Source: Minisyncoccota bacterium (GTDB lineage Bacteria; Patescibacteriota; Minisyncoccia; Phycocordibacterales; UBA5272). From it: DNA of 64,000 bases. The position numbers were made by a program, and so were the translations under genes. The notes beneath the pieces are model-generated. The model saw only the letters and a program-made list of their open reading frames with translations, did no database searches and was not told where the DNA came from. This document shows positions 40,737-51,772 of the stretch, piece by piece. The number at the start of each line of letters is the position of its first letter. Position 1 is the first letter of the stretch. The stretch lies in NCBI GenBank assembly GCA_046350775.1, contig JAXLZS010000001.1:545838-609837 (forward strand), in the 5' to 3' direction.

Positions 40737-43316
40737 ATGGCAAGTTCTCCTATTAAAAAAAATACAATAAAAGAAAAAAGAGATTTTTCTCCTATCAAAA
40801 AATATTTACGTGTTGTAAATTATTTATCAGCCGCACAGCTTTATCTCAAAGATAATTTCTTTTTAGAAAGAGAATTAAAAAGCGATGATATTAAAAATAG
40901 ACTACTTGGTCACTGGGGTGGAGCGACAGGTGTAAATTTTATATTAGCTCATTTAAATTTTTATTTAAAACAAAATCAAGTCAAAAATTCAAAGCTCCGA
41001 GATATTATGTTTGTGCTTGGTCCTGGACACGCTTTTCCAGCATTGCAAGCAAATTTATTCTTAGAAAAAACTCTTTCATATTATTTTGACAATAAGAATA
41101 ATTTGCAAAATAAATATTTAAAAAATATTTATGATTTTGATTTGTCTTATGACAAAGAAGGTCTTCAAAATATGATAAAAAATTTTGGCACACCTACTGG
41201 TTTTCCAACTCACGCTTCCCCAGTGACTCCTGGAGCGATACTAGAGGGTGGTGAGCTTGGATATTCTATTTCAAACGCATCAGGAGCTGTCATGGACAAC
41301 AAAGACTTGATAGCTGTCACAATTGTAGGTGATGGTGAGGCAGAGACAGCATCTCTAGCTACCAGCTGGCATGCATCTAAATTTATAAATAGTAAAGAAA
41401 ATGGAGTCGTACTGCCAATTCTTAATTTAAATGGATACAAGATCTCTGGTCCTACTATATTTGGTCGTATGAGTGATGATGAATTAAAAAGCCTTTTTAT
41501 TGGGCTTGGATATGAGCCACATATACTGGACGCTCGCAGTGATACAAATATTTTTGCTAACAAAGACAATCATAATCTCGAAAAAGACAATGTGCATATA
41601 TTGATGCAAGATATTTTAGATAAATCTTTTTCTAAAATATTGGAGATGAAAAAGACTGGCTCTACAAAAGGATTGCCAATGATTATTTTAAAAAGCGACA
41701 AAGGCTGGACAGGCCCAAAAATATTTAGAAAAATAAAAATAGAAGGAAATTGTGAGGCTCATCAAGTACCTTTTGCGAATTGTAAAGATGATAAAGAAGA
41801 ATTGAGAGTCCTCGAAGAGTGGCTACGAAGCTACAATATACAAGAATTGTTTTTAGAGAAGCCTGTCACAGCTGATAAAATTTTAAAGAAAAGACTAAAA
41901 GGTGAAGACTCTTTATTTGTGGAAGACATAGAAAATATGATACCTGAAAAGATGTGGAGACTCGGTATGAATTTACATGTTCAACAAAATGGCAAAGGTA
42001 GATTGAAAGAGCTAAAGTTGCCAGATCTCACAAAAGTCTTTAAAAATTCTATATTGAATTCCAATAAAGATTGGAGTAAACATTCACCAATGGATCTCAC
42101 CGGAGAATATTTAAAAGAAGTTTTTAAGTTAAATGAATCTACAAGAAATTTTAGATTTTTCTCTCCTGATGAGACATATTCAAATAAATTGAATTCTATA
42201 TTTGAAGAAGAATCTAGGGGCTGGACACAAGAGATAAAATCTTGGGATAAAGATCTATCTAAAAATGGTAGAGTGATAGAAATGCTCTCAGAAAATACTT
42301 TGGTAGGAATGATGATGGGATATATTTTGACTGGTAGACATGCATTTTTTGCGTCTTATGAGGCCTTCGTGCAAGTAGTAGCATCTATGGTTGATCAGTA
42401 TTTGAAGTTTTTACGCATAGCTCAAGAAGTGAATTGGCGTGGAGATGTTGGTGGGTTTAATATTATTTTGACTTCTCCTGGCTGGCTACAAGAGCATAAT
42501 GGGTACTCGCATCAAAATCCAGGATTTATAGATGATATGCTAATTAGAAATTCTAATTTAGTTGATATATATTTTCCAATCGATGCTGTAGCTACAGGAT
42601 TTGCACTTGAAGCCATGTGTAGATCGAAAAATAAGATAAATATATTGTGTGCTGGCAAAGATGATGCGAGACCAATATTTTTAGGAGAAATTGAAGCGAA
42701 AATAAATATGAGAGACGGTATGAGTTTTTTGAAAAACTATTCTGACAAACTAAAAGACAAAGAAAAATATGATTTGATAGTGTGTGGAGTGGGAGATTAT
42801 TTATCTTTAGAAGGTATAGCTGGTATCGATTTTATAAATCAAATATTTGATAGATCTGGTCTAAAATCTGAAAGAAAGAAAATTAATATTGGATTTTTAA
42901 ATATTTCAAAACTCACTAGTGCTGCACCAGACAGTAAAGATAGAAATAAATTTATTAAAAAATTGTCAGAATTGGTAGGGAACTCAAAAATCTTTGCTAA
43001 TTTTCATGGACATCCACAGACTCTAGAAAGATTCTTTTATGAAGCCGGAATTGAAAAAAGTAATTCTGAAGTGCGTGGATACATAGAAAGAGGTGGTATC
43101 ACTACACTTCTTGATATGCATATCTTAAACAAGACCAGTCGCTATCATGTGGCTAGCTGGATTACTGAAAGTCTTTTTGGGATAAAAAAGATAGACAAGA
43201 TGACTCGGGATTTCATTCAAAAAGAAATAAGAAGAGAAATGATGAGGGAAAAGTCATATATAAATCAAAATTTTAAAGATAGTGAGAAAATAAAAAATTG
43301 GGAATTTAATAAATAA
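40737..43316 (+). CDS. xfp: Xylulose-5-phosphate/fructose-6-phosphate phosphoketolase.
   Basis: GHWGGATGVNFILAHLN, EGGELGYSISNASGAVMDNKDLIAVTIVGDGEAET, NGYKISGPTIF. 859 aa. Confidence 0.88.
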   Translation: MASSPIKKNTIKEKRDFSPIKKYLRVVNYLSAAQLYLKDNFFLERELKSDDIKNRLLGHWGGATGVNFILAHLNFYLKQNQVKNSKLRDIMFVLGPGHAFPALQANLFLEKTLSYYFDNKNNLQNKYLKNIYDFDLSYDKEGLQNMIKNFGTPTGFPTHASPVTPGAILEGGELGYSISNASGAVMDNKDLIAVTIVGDGEAETASLATSWHASKFINSKENGVVLPILNLNGYKISGPTIFGRMSDDELKSLFIGLGYEPHILDARSDTNIFANKDNHNLEKDNVHILMQDILDKSFSKILEMKKTGSTKGLPMIILKSDKGWTGPKIFRKIKIEGNCEAHQVPFANCKDDKEELRVLEEWLRSYNIQELFLEKPVTADKILKKRLKGEDSLFVEDIENMIPEKMWRLGMNLHVQQNGKGRLKELKLPDLTKVFKNSILNSNKDWSKHSPMDLTGEYLKEVFKLNESTRNFRFFSPDETYSNKLNSIFEEESRGWTQEIKSWDKDLSKNGRVIEMLSENTLVGMMMGYILTGRHAFFASYEAFVQVVASMVDQYLKFLRIAQEVNWRGDVGGFNIILTSPGWLQEHNGYSHQNPGFIDDMLIRNSNLVDIYFPIDAVATGFALEAMCRSKNKINILCAGKDDARPIFLGEIEAKINMRDGMSFLKNYSDKLKDKEKYDLIVCGVGDYLSLEGIAGIDFINQIFDRSGLKSERKKINIGFLNISKLTSAAPDSKDRNKFIKKLSELVGNSKIFANFHGHPQTLERFFYEAGIEKSNSEVRGYIERGGITTLLDMHILNKTSRYHVASWITESLFGIKKIDKMTRDFIQKEIRREMMREKSYINQNFKDSEKIKNWEFNK

Positions 43317-43320
43317 AATT

Positions 43321-44472
43321 ATGAAAAAAAATGCTTCTCAAAAAATAATTTTAGTTTCAAATATCGGATCTGCTTCTAGAAAGTATTTTGTTTATAGTGT
43401 ATCTGGCTCTGATAAAAAAATAAAAGAGCTATTTAATATTCAGTTTGATGAAAAAGAATTCTATCCAAACATAAAATTGGAGGATGCTATTTTAGAATTT
43501 TTTGAAATAGCGAAAGAGAAATATGATCTAAAGATTGGAGACATCGATATTATCGCAGAGAGAGTGGTGGCTGTCGGGGAGTATTTTTTAGAAAATAGAC
43601 TAATAGATAAAAAATATTTTGAAGAATTGGAAAAAGCTAAAAAGTATGACGTACTCCACACCGAGAGCCTGATCAAAGAACTAGAAAAGCTCTTTCTAAT
43701 AAGAGAAGTTTGTTTTAAAAAGAAAATCAAATGTAAATTCAAGGTAGTCGGAATATCAGATTCTGAGTTTTATAATTCTATAGCAGAAGAGACTTATGCT
43801 TACGCTATAAAAGATTTTAAACCAGATCATAATTTTAGAAAATATGGATATCATGGCATCTCAATGAGTGAGGTCAATAATGTTGTTGGTAAAAAATATA
43901 AAAAGATTATAGCTGTACATCTTGGCGGCGGGGGATCTGTCACTGCGATAGAAAATAAAAAGGCGATATTTAATTCTTTTGGAATGACGCCGGTCTCGGG
44001 ATTGGTTAGTCTCACTAGAACAGGAGATCTTGATCCTTTTGTAGTTTTACATATTTATAATAAAAACAAAAAAAGCTTTTCTTTATTAGACAGTGGCGAT
44101 TACGCTTTTGATAAGACTAAAGAAGATATTTATGAGAAGTCTGGACTCTTTGCTCTGACTGGAGAAAAGGACATGAGGGATATTTTGATAAATCTTAATT
44201 CAAAAAATAAGATCGTAAAAGCGAAAAATACTTTTGCTATAGATGTCTATATAAATAGAATTAACGAATATGTGGGTTCTGCCTATGCTCATCTTAGTGG
44301 CTGCCAAGCTCTTGTCCTTACTGGATCAATATTAGAAAAATCAGAAATATTTAGAGAAAAATTGCTAAAAAAGGTATCTTGGCTTAATTTAAAAGAAAAA
44401 GATATTTTAATATTAAAAACTGAAGAAGAAAAGGAAATCGTCAGACTTCTAATAAAGGGTAAATTTATATAG
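43321..44472 (+). CDS. ackA: Acetate kinase.
   Basis: N-terminal KIILVSNIGSASRKY. HLGGGGSVTAIENKKAIFNSFGMTPVSGLVSLTRTGDLDP. Adjacent to xfp. Confidence 0.8.
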   Translation: MKKNASQKIILVSNIGSASRKYFVYSVSGSDKKIKELFNIQFDEKEFYPNIKLEDAILEFFEIAKEKYDLKIGDIDIIAERVVAVGEYFLENRLIDKKYFEELEKAKKYDVLHTESLIKELEKLFLIREVCFKKKIKCKFKVVGISDSEFYNSIAEETYAYAIKDFKPDHNFRKYGYHGISMSEVNNVVGKKYKKIIAVHLGGGGSVTAIENKKAIFNSFGMTPVSGLVSLTRTGDLDPFVVLHIYNKNKKSFSLLDSGDYAFDKTKEDIYEKSGLFALTGEKDMRDILINLNSKNKIVKAKNTFAIDVYINRINEYVGSAYAHLSGCQALVLTGSILEKSEIFREKLLKKVSWLNLKEKDILILKTEEEKEIVRLLIKGKFI

Positions 44473-44584
44473 CTCTTTGTTTTTTATAGTTATTTTTGCT
44501 ATAATTCGAGTAATAAAATATATTTTAGTCTCTTGACTAAAATTGTTATTTATTTATTAAAAATTAGGGATTATTATCTAAATT

Positions 44585-45964
44585 ATGAAAGAAAAATATT
44601 TAACTTATCGTGTTATAGCTGTATGGCTATTTGTTTTAGCTGGAGCCGTGTGGTTTTTATTGGCTTATAAGACTCCAGCTTTCAAGTACGGTCTTGATCT
44701 TAATGGCGGCACCTCTCTTATATATGTTGCAGATCTTTCAAAGATTGAGCAAGCAAATCAATTAGCAATGAGTGCCTCTAGTACAGTCTCTACTACTACA
44801 GGAAAAGTTGTCGAAACTGTAGAAAATTCAAAGTTAAATATTGAAGATAGTATGAACGGCCTTCGTGATGTGATAGAAAAGAGAATAAATGTCTTTGGTG
44901 TGTCAGAGCCAATTATAAGAACAGAATATTCACAATATACTGGTGAGCATAGGCTGGTCGTAGAGTTGCCAGGTATTACTGATATAAATAAAGCCATCTC
45001 AACTATCGGAGATACTCCTACATTAGAATTTAAATTGGTAAATATCGAGACCGCGGCAGACGGATCTACTTCTACAAAGTTGATAGATACAGGATTGAAT
45101 GGAAATTATTTAAAAAAATCAATTTTAAGTTTTGATTCTTATACCAATAAGCCTCAAGTGGTAGTGAGTTTTAATGATGAGGGAGCGAAGATGTTTTTAG
45201 ATATTACTGCTAATAATATTGGCAAGCAAATGGCTATCTACCTTGATGGTAATGTAGTATCGTCTCCTATAATTCAAGAAAAAATTGCCGGTGGACAAGC
45301 TACAATCTCTGGAAACTTTACCACAGATGAAGCAAAGACACTCGTGACAAGACTTAATTCCGGAGCTCTTCCTGTGCCTATAAAGCTTGCATCATCGCAA
45401 GTAGTAGTCGCTACTCTTGGAGATCAAGCAAAAGCGCAAGGTTTATTAGCTGGAGAAATTGGTCTCGTTGTCATTATTTTGCTTATGATCCTTTGGTATA
45501 GGTTGCCAGGATTTATAGCTTCTATTTCTTTGCTTGCTTATGTTGGTATAGTTTTGATTTTGTTTAAGACCATGCCTGTAGTTTTGACTGCTGCTGGTAT
45601 TGCTGGCTTTATCATTTCTATCGGAGTAGCAATAGATGCAAATATATTAATCTTTGAAAGATTGAAAGAAGAAATTAGAAGGGGTAAAAATATTGCCGAT
45701 GCTGTAGAAGAGGCATTTTCTAGAGCCTGGACTTCTATTCGTGATTCAAATATCGCTTCGATACTTGTGGCTTGGACACTATTTTACTTCGGATCTTCAC
45801 TTTTAGCCGGATTTGGATTGGTGTTTGGTATCGGTGTCGTAGTGTCTATGATCTCAGCTATGTTTATATCAAAGTATTTCTTGAGAGCTGTGGTGCCAAC
45901 AGATACAAATGGTAAATATTATAAGGTTATGAAATTTTTATTCATGTCAGGATTTAGTAAATAA
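44585..45964 (+). CDS. secD: Protein translocase subunit SecD.
   Basis: GLDLNGGTSLIYVADLS. A large periplasmic domain followed by 6 TM helices. Confidence 0.88.
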   Translation: MKEKYLTYRVIAVWLFVLAGAVWFLLAYKTPAFKYGLDLNGGTSLIYVADLSKIEQANQLAMSASSTVSTTTGKVVETVENSKLNIEDSMNGLRDVIEKRINVFGVSEPIIRTEYSQYTGEHRLVVELPGITDINKAISTIGDTPTLEFKLVNIETAADGSTSTKLIDTGLNGNYLKKSILSFDSYTNKPQVVVSFNDEGAKMFLDITANNIGKQMAIYLDGNVVSSPIIQEKIAGGQATISGNFTTDEAKTLVTRLNSGALPVPIKLASSQVVVATLGDQAKAQGLLAGEIGLVVIILLMILWYRLPGFIASISLLAYVGIVLILFKTMPVVLTAAGIAGFIISIGVAIDANILIFERLKEEIRRGKNIADAVEEAFSRAWTSIRDSNIASILVAWTLFYFGSSLLAGFGLVFGIGVVVSMISAMFISKYFLRAVVPTDTNGKYYKVMKFLFMSGFSK

Positions 45965-45972
45965 AGAAATAT

Positions 45973-46914
45973 ATGTTTATAATCAAATACAAATGGATAT
46001 TTTTAACAATCAGTGCAGTTTTGGTTTTTGGTTCTATCTTTTTAATAAGTACCAAAGGTATCAAAAAAAGTATAGATTTCACTGGTGGTACAGAGGTGGT
46101 GATATCTTATAATGGGTACACTTCTACCGCCGAAGGTAAAATTGATTTAAATTTTATAAAAGAAAATTTAGTAAAAAATAATTTTTCTGTAAAAGATATT
46201 TCTCTTCAAAAAATTAATACAGACGGTAGTGCGTTAGTCGATATTAAATTGGTGGGCGAATTATCTAATAATGATAGACAGAATTTTGAAAATGCTTGGA
46301 GCTTTAATCATGATGGACATTATGATGCAAAGCAAGTATCTGAGACTATTATTGGTCCGTCAATTGGAAAGGAGCTTACTCAAAAAGCCATTCTTTCTGT
46401 GATATTTGTGGCTCTTATCATAATCTTATTTATAGCTTTCTCATTTAGACATGTGTCAAAGCCTGTGGCTAGCTGGAAGTTTGGACTTATTGCTATTGTC
46501 ACCCTTTTGCATGACGTAGCTATACCTACAGGTATGTATGCTTTGCTTGGAGAGAGAAATGGAGCAGAGGTGGATTCTTTATTCGTTATCGCTCTTCTCA
46601 CCATCATGGGCATTTCTATTGCTGACACTATAGTAGTTTTTGATCGTATTCGTGAAAATTTGAAGAATAGAAAATCAAATGAAACCTTTCAGGAAATAGT
46701 AGGAAATTCATTAAGCCAAACTTTACTTCGCTCATTCAATACTTCTTTTGCTGTAATATTGGTACTTGTATCATTATTTTATTTCGGTCCAGCTTCAATT
46801 CATAATTTTGCTTTGACTTTGATTGTGGGAATGATAGTGGGTACATATTCATCAATATTCGTTGCTTCACCATTACTTGTCTTGGTTGAAAAATGGCAAA
46901 GAAAAAGTAGGTAA
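45973..46914 (+). CDS. secF: Protein translocase subunit SecF.
   Basis: IDFTGGTEVVISYN. A 6-TM C-terminal region. Immediately downstream of secD. Confidence 0.88.
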   Translation: MFIIKYKWIFLTISAVLVFGSIFLISTKGIKKSIDFTGGTEVVISYNGYTSTAEGKIDLNFIKENLVKNNFSVKDISLQKINTDGSALVDIKLVGELSNNDRQNFENAWSFNHDGHYDAKQVSETIIGPSIGKELTQKAILSVIFVALIIILFIAFSFRHVSKPVASWKFGLIAIVTLLHDVAIPTGMYALLGERNGAEVDSLFVIALLTIMGISIADTIVVFDRIRENLKNRKSNETFQEIVGNSLSQTLLRSFNTSFAVILVLVSLFYFGPASIHNFALTLIVGMIVGTYSSIFVASPLLVLVEKWQRKSR

Positions 46915-46920
46915 TCAAAA

Positions 46921-46957
46921 CAAAAACTCGATAATTTTATCGAGTTTTTGTTTATTT
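46921..46957 (+). terminator. Rho-independent terminator after secF.
   Basis: caaaaactcgataa-ttt-tatcgagtttttg followed by a T-run. Confidence 0.7.
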
Positions 46958-46985
46958 AAAAATGTTATAATTTATATATAAATAT

Positions 46986-47390
46986 ATGAAAAATAATTTT
47001 AAAATAATTTTAGTTATCTTATTTCTTTTAATTGTATGTCTAGGAGGGTCTTATTTTTATAATAGGTTCTATGCCAATAAAAATGTACCAAAGATAGGAA
47101 TTGGAGAGTCATTTTCTCTTGGAAAAGATCAAAAGATTCTTACTACAGATAATGGTAATGTAGTACTCGTTGAATTTAAGGGTATTCAAAGTATCGGAGG
47201 TGGCAGTGGAATATTTGTATATTTTAACAATAAACGAATAGAATTAAGTCATTGCCCTAATCCATCTTTAGGTCCAGCAGCTTGTGATTATAATATGAAA
47301 ATTTTATCAGATTATGGATATGATTTAAAAGATATATCAGTTGATGGTGACAATAATAATCTTATTGCAAAAATTGAAAAGATAAATTAG
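46986..47390 (+). CDS. Hypothetical secreted or membrane-anchored small protein.
   Basis: N-terminal TM/signal IILVILFLLIVCLGGSYF. Confidence 0.4.
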   Translation: MKNNFKIILVILFLLIVCLGGSYFYNRFYANKNVPKIGIGESFSLGKDQKILTTDNGNVVLVEFKGIQSIGGGSGIFVYFNNKRIELSHCPNPSLGPAACDYNMKILSDYGYDLKDISVDGDNNNLIAKIEKIN

Positions 47391-47403
47391 TTATATTAAT
47401 TAG

Positions 47404-48081
47404 CTAGACTATTTTTCCATCGTCGAGAGTTATAACTCTATCTACGATTTTTCTATATTCATCTTCGTGTGTCACCATCACAATTGTTAGACCTTTTTCT
47501 TTATTTAATTTTTTAAATATATCTATGACTGTATTTGAGTTGGTATGGTCGAGATTGGCTGTAGGCTCATCAGCAAAAAGTATTTTAGGGTTATGAACAA
47601 CAGCTCTAGCGATACTGACACGTTGCTGCTCACCACCAGAAAGTTGAGCTGGAGTATTATCTGTCTTGTCAGCCAGTCCTACAGCAGACAAAGATTCTTT
47701 AGCTTTTTCAAAAGCTTCTTTTTTTGAATATCCTTTCATCAAAAGTACAATAGCCACATTTTCTATAGCGTTGAGATCGTTCATGAGGGAGTAATCTTGA
47801 AATACATATCCTAGCTCATTAAGTCTGAAATTAGTCCTCTCTTCTTGACTCATATTGTGAGTATCTACCCCATCCAAAAATATTTCTCCACTTGTTGGCT
47901 CATCTAGTAATGATAACTGATACATAGCAGTACTCTTTCCGGCTCCAGATCTACCCATGATGGCTACAAATTCACCCTTTTCTATTTCTAGTGATACGCC
48001 TTTTAAAACTGTAGTTATTTTATTTCCATCTTTAAAACTTTTTATAATATCTTTACCAATTATCATTTTGTTAGTTTTCAT
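47404..48081 (-). CDS. ABC transporter ATP-binding protein (MacB/LolD type).
   Basis: Walker A GRSGAGKST, signature LSGGEQQRVSIARA, Walker B ILFADEPT. Confidence 0.9.
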   Translation of the reverse strand: MKTNKMIIGKDIIKSFKDGNKITTVLKGVSLEIEKGEFVAIMGRSGAGKSTAMYQLSLLDEPTSGEIFLDGVDTHNMSQEERTNFRLNELGYVFQDYSLMNDLNAIENVAIVLLMKGYSKKEAFEKAKESLSAVGLADKTDNTPAQLSGGEQQRVSIARAVVHNPKILFADEPTANLDHTNSNTVIDIFKKLNKEKGLTIVMVTHEDEYRKIVDRVITLDDGKIV

Positions 48082-48098
48082 ATTTTTCTTTATTTTTT

Positions 48099-49376
48099 TT
48101 ATCTTCCCAATATTGCGTCCAGAGTATTTCTTTTTACGACCATTCTGGCTGGTATGTATCCAGCAATTAAAGATATGATTATCAGTACAAAGACTTTTGT
48201 CAGTGTGCTACCAATCTCGACCACCAATATGCCATCAGAGAAAGGAAAATCTATAGGATTTGCATCAATAGCTGGTTTTATCAAAAAGAATACTATGATT
48301 AGTCCGATGATACATCCTATAGTAGCGTAGATTATAGCTTGAAATATATATGAAAACTCTATAGCAAAGCTATTTATGCCAATACCTTTTAATATTCCGA
48401 TTTGCTTTCTTCTGGTGATAGCGTTTATAAATACCACAATAAATAATGTGATGGCGGCCACAAATATGCCGATAGATCCAAACATGGTCCCCATGAGATC
48501 AAATAATTGCTTCATTTGTATTACGAATGCAGGTGTACCCTCTTCAAAAGTTTGAATTTTAGCATATTGGTCAAAACCATTTGCTACAAGAGTAGCTTTT
48601 ACCTCTCTAGGATCAACATCTTTTTTTAATCTCACAGCGATCATCGAGACATCTTGAGGTAAAAGATTAGCTAGTCTTCTTAATTCTGAATCTACCATAA
48701 ATACTTTCGATCCGACTTCTTGATTTTTTATCACTATGACACCTTTTACTGTGTATTCATTAGTACTGCTTCCAATTTGAATTCTGACTTTTGCTCCAGG
48801 TTCCACATCTCTTAATAATGTCTCATCGACATCTGAGACTACCGAATATTTTTTGACAATCTCTTTTCCAAGTAAGACATATTTGGAAGCGTCATCTCTT
48901 GTTAAAAATTCTCCTTCTTTTATATTTTCAGAAAGATTGGTCGTAGCATCTTCTTTATCAGGATCAATACCAGCAAATTGTACATTTCTTTTATTTGGAA
49001 TATCATTTGAGGACAATGTTTTCCAATTTGCTTCTACAGATCCTGCAGCTTGATATCTGTAAGAAAATCCAGCAATTCTGTCATCATTTTTTAGTATGTT
49101 TATTATGTTTTCAGTATTTTGGACTATGCTCTTTTTGTCGAGAGGGGAAATTATCACATCGCCAAGAGATTTTTCTCTAAAAGATTTTATACTACCTTGA
49201 ATCAGGCCACTCATGACCCCGGATACCACTACTAGATTTAAAAATGTTATGACCATGATGAAAATGATGAGACCAGTCATCCACTTGTTGCTTCTTTTTA
49301 TAGAAGAAAAAGCTAAAAATATTCCTACTCTTATAGAATTAAAAAATGAATTAAAATTTTTAAAGATAAGATTCAT
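48099..49376 (-). CDS. ABC transporter permease, FtsX/MacB family, with a large periplasmic domain.
   Basis: 425 aa. An N-terminal TM helix, a periplasmic domain of about 250 aa, and three C-terminal TM helices. Confidence 0.8.
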   Translation of the reverse strand: MNLIFKNFNSFFNSIRVGIFLAFSSIKRSNKWMTGLIIFIMVITFLNLVVVSGVMSGLIQGSIKSFREKSLGDVIISPLDKKSIVQNTENIINILKNDDRIAGFSYRYQAAGSVEANWKTLSSNDIPNKRNVQFAGIDPDKEDATTNLSENIKEGEFLTRDDASKYVLLGKEIVKKYSVVSDVDETLLRDVEPGAKVRIQIGSSTNEYTVKGVIVIKNQEVGSKVFMVDSELRRLANLLPQDVSMIAVRLKKDVDPREVKATLVANGFDQYAKIQTFEEGTPAFVIQMKQLFDLMGTMFGSIGIFVAAITLFIVVFINAITRRKQIGILKGIGINSFAIEFSYIFQAIIYATIGCIIGLIIVFFLIKPAIDANPIDFPFSDGILVVEIGSTLTKVFVLIIISLIAGYIPARMVVKRNTLDAILGR

Positions 49377-49385
49377 AAATATTTT

Positions 49386-51092
49386 TTATTTTGTACTAGT
49401 AGCCGTCAAGACTTCTGATCCGACTCCAAACAATTTATCGTTGGCGTTGATACCAGACAATACTTCTATTGCTCCATCAGCTCCTCTTATACCTATCTCA
49501 ATATTTCTGATTTCAATATTTGGATCAGAGTCGCTGGTTGTGGTCTTTTTTATTTTATTTATATCTTTTATAACTTTGACTGTAGCTATACCATTTTTTA
49601 TTAGGACGAATTTATTTGACACATAATTGGCATTTTCTTTTGTGCTGGTATTTATTTCTGCAGTCGCGTTCATGCCGGACTTTATTCTTGGGTCATTGTT
49701 TAAGAAATTTATTTTTGCATAATAATTTGAGACTCCGTTTACAGCTGTGGCTGCAGGATCTACTTGTGATACTACTCCATCAAACTCTACACCATCTCCA
49801 TAGGTGTCCAGAGTTATCTTTACTTTATCTCCCACTTTAACTTTTACTACATCAATTTCTGTAAGCTTAGCTTTAATTTCAAAATTTCCATCAGATATCA
49901 TTTTTATAGCTGGTATATTTGGAGAGGATATTTCTCCAAGATTCAGATTTACTTCTGTTATCACTCCAGAAAATGGAGCTATTAAATAATTTTTACCATT
50001 ATTACTCTCAGCTGACAAAAGATTTGCTCTAGCATAGTCTACTTGAGCTGTTAAGGATTTTATTTTTTCTTGACTAGCTCCAGCTTTTAATTGGTTTAGA
50101 GACAATACACTAGAAGAATATGCGTTTCTGTAGCTTGTAATTTGAGATTTAGAAGTATTGATTGTAGAAATTGTAGAGGCAATAGTAGTCTTTAGTAGAG
50201 ATATTGTAGCTCTTTCATCATTTAGACCTGTGTCAGAAATAGTGCAGGGATAGGTCAAGATACTAGAAAGATCGTCTATTAGATTTGAGACATTTTTAGC
50301 TGATAGTGATGCAAGATTTTGAGCTTGATCTATGTTTTGATTATCTGTATTTTCATCTTGAGTTAAATAAAAAGATGACGATAGTGATGAAAGATCTGAA
50401 ATATTTTTGTCTATACTTTTTCTTTCTATTTCTATTTGTGAAGAAAAGTTCTGATCACATCCACCGTAATTTAATCTATAAAACCCAGAATTGTCGGTAA
50501 AAAATCCACCCAATTTATTTTTTACTATATCATTTAGGCTAGAGTTCACATTTCTCAAAGTGTCTTGTACGGCATTATTTGCGTTTGCAAGATTTGCTTT
50601 TGCGGCTGAGACAGCGTCTTCTTTTAGTTTGAGATCTGATTCACTAGGACCCTTTTTTACATCTTCAAGATTGGCTTCGGCTTGAGAAAGATTTGCTTTG
50701 GCAGATAAGACAGATGCATAATCTGCTCCGTTTGAAAGGTTTGCCATTACTTGGCCCATATTGACCTTGTCTCCCACTTTCACATTTATGTTTTGTATTT
50801 TTCCAGATTTTTCAAAAGACAATGATGATTCTTGGCTTGGCTCTACAGATCCTGATACTGTCACAACTTCTTTTATGGTACCAGTTTTCAATTCTCCTAT
50901 AGCTATAGTAGTATTGTCTCCAGAAAATATTTTCCAGATTATTATGATTATTACTAGTAGTGAGACTAATGATTTTTTAAAGTGATTTTGATAAATATTT
51001 TTGAAGAAGTTTTTTATTTTAGACATATCTTTCTTATCTTTCTTAATTTTAGTAAATAATTTTATAAAAGCAGACCAAACTGCCGAATACAT
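49386..51092 (-). CDS. HlyD-family periplasmic adaptor (MacA-like membrane fusion protein).
   Basis: An N-terminal TM helix, biotinyl-lipoyl-like VGDKVNMGQVMANL, a long coiled-coil, and APFSGVITEVNLNLGE. Confidence 0.75.
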   Translation of the reverse strand: MYSAVWSAFIKLFTKIKKDKKDMSKIKNFFKNIYQNHFKKSLVSLLVIIIIIWKIFSGDNTTIAIGELKTGTIKEVVTVSGSVEPSQESSLSFEKSGKIQNINVKVGDKVNMGQVMANLSNGADYASVLSAKANLSQAEANLEDVKKGPSESDLKLKEDAVSAAKANLANANNAVQDTLRNVNSSLNDIVKNKLGGFFTDNSGFYRLNYGGCDQNFSSQIEIERKSIDKNISDLSSLSSSFYLTQDENTDNQNIDQAQNLASLSAKNVSNLIDDLSSILTYPCTISDTGLNDERATISLLKTTIASTISTINTSKSQITSYRNAYSSSVLSLNQLKAGASQEKIKSLTAQVDYARANLLSAESNNGKNYLIAPFSGVITEVNLNLGEISSPNIPAIKMISDGNFEIKAKLTEIDVVKVKVGDKVKITLDTYGDGVEFDGVVSQVDPAATAVNGVSNYYAKINFLNNDPRIKSGMNATAEINTSTKENANYVSNKFVLIKNGIATVKVIKDINKIKKTTTSDSDPNIEIRNIEIGIRGADGAIEVLSGINANDKLFGVGSEVLTATSTK

Positions 51093-51174
51093 ATCAATTT
51101 TAACATATAAAAAGTCTTCTCCCTAAAAATATCAGCATTGTGATATAATTATTTTTATAATAAAAAATAAAATT

Positions 51175-51738
51175 ATGTCCGATCCAAAATTAGTTGTTTT
51201 GCAGTTTTTAAATCATTATATGCCAATACTAACATTGATTGGCTTTATTTTACTGGTAGTGATTTATTTACATCATTTTCATTTTCATTTAACTAAAAAA
51301 GAGTCAAAAATTTTAAATAAGATTTCTGATCTGGCTTTACCTTTAGGATTTTTGGCTTCACTTTTTGCGACTCTTATTTCTTTGATTTATTCTGATTATC
51401 TTGATCAAGCGGCCTGTGGACTTTGTTGGTTTCAAAGAGTCTTTATTTATTCTCAATTAGTACTTTTTGCAGTTGCTTATATTAAAAATGATTTAAAGAT
51501 ATTTCAATACACTTTTTGGCTGTCAGCGGTCGGTGGTCTTATAGCTATTTATCACGAGTATCTCCAGCTCGGCTACTCAGAGCTCATTCCTTGTCCTGCG
51601 GTAGCGTCACTCGTTGATTGTGCTAAGCCAACATTTATAGCTTTTGGATTTGTCACATTTCCATTCATGAGTATCACTCTCTTTTTGTTCTTGATTTTAC
51701 TTGCTATAGCAGTCAGATATCACAGAAAGGAGAAATAA
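51175..51738 (+). CDS. dsbB: Disulfide bond formation protein B (DsbB/BdbC family).
   Basis: Four TM helices. AACGLCWFQRVFIYSQ redox motif and a second Cys pair (CPAV...C). Confidence 0.7.
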   Translation: MSDPKLVVLQFLNHYMPILTLIGFILLVVIYLHHFHFHLTKKESKILNKISDLALPLGFLASLFATLISLIYSDYLDQAACGLCWFQRVFIYSQLVLFAVAYIKNDLKIFQYTFWLSAVGGLIAIYHEYLQLGYSELIPCPAVASLVDCAKPTFIAFGFVTFPFMSITLFLFLILLAIAVRYHRKEK

Positions 51739-51772
51739 AAATTGTTGAATTGTATATTTATATTAGAATAAT

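Noticed and set aside
49213-50985. Plus-strand ORFs inside the minus-strand transporter genes (49213..49626, 49616..49840, 49804..49989, 50306..50500, 50491..50685, 50761..50985).
   Set aside because: They are antisense to the well-supported MacA/MacB-like genes. They are short and have no motifs.
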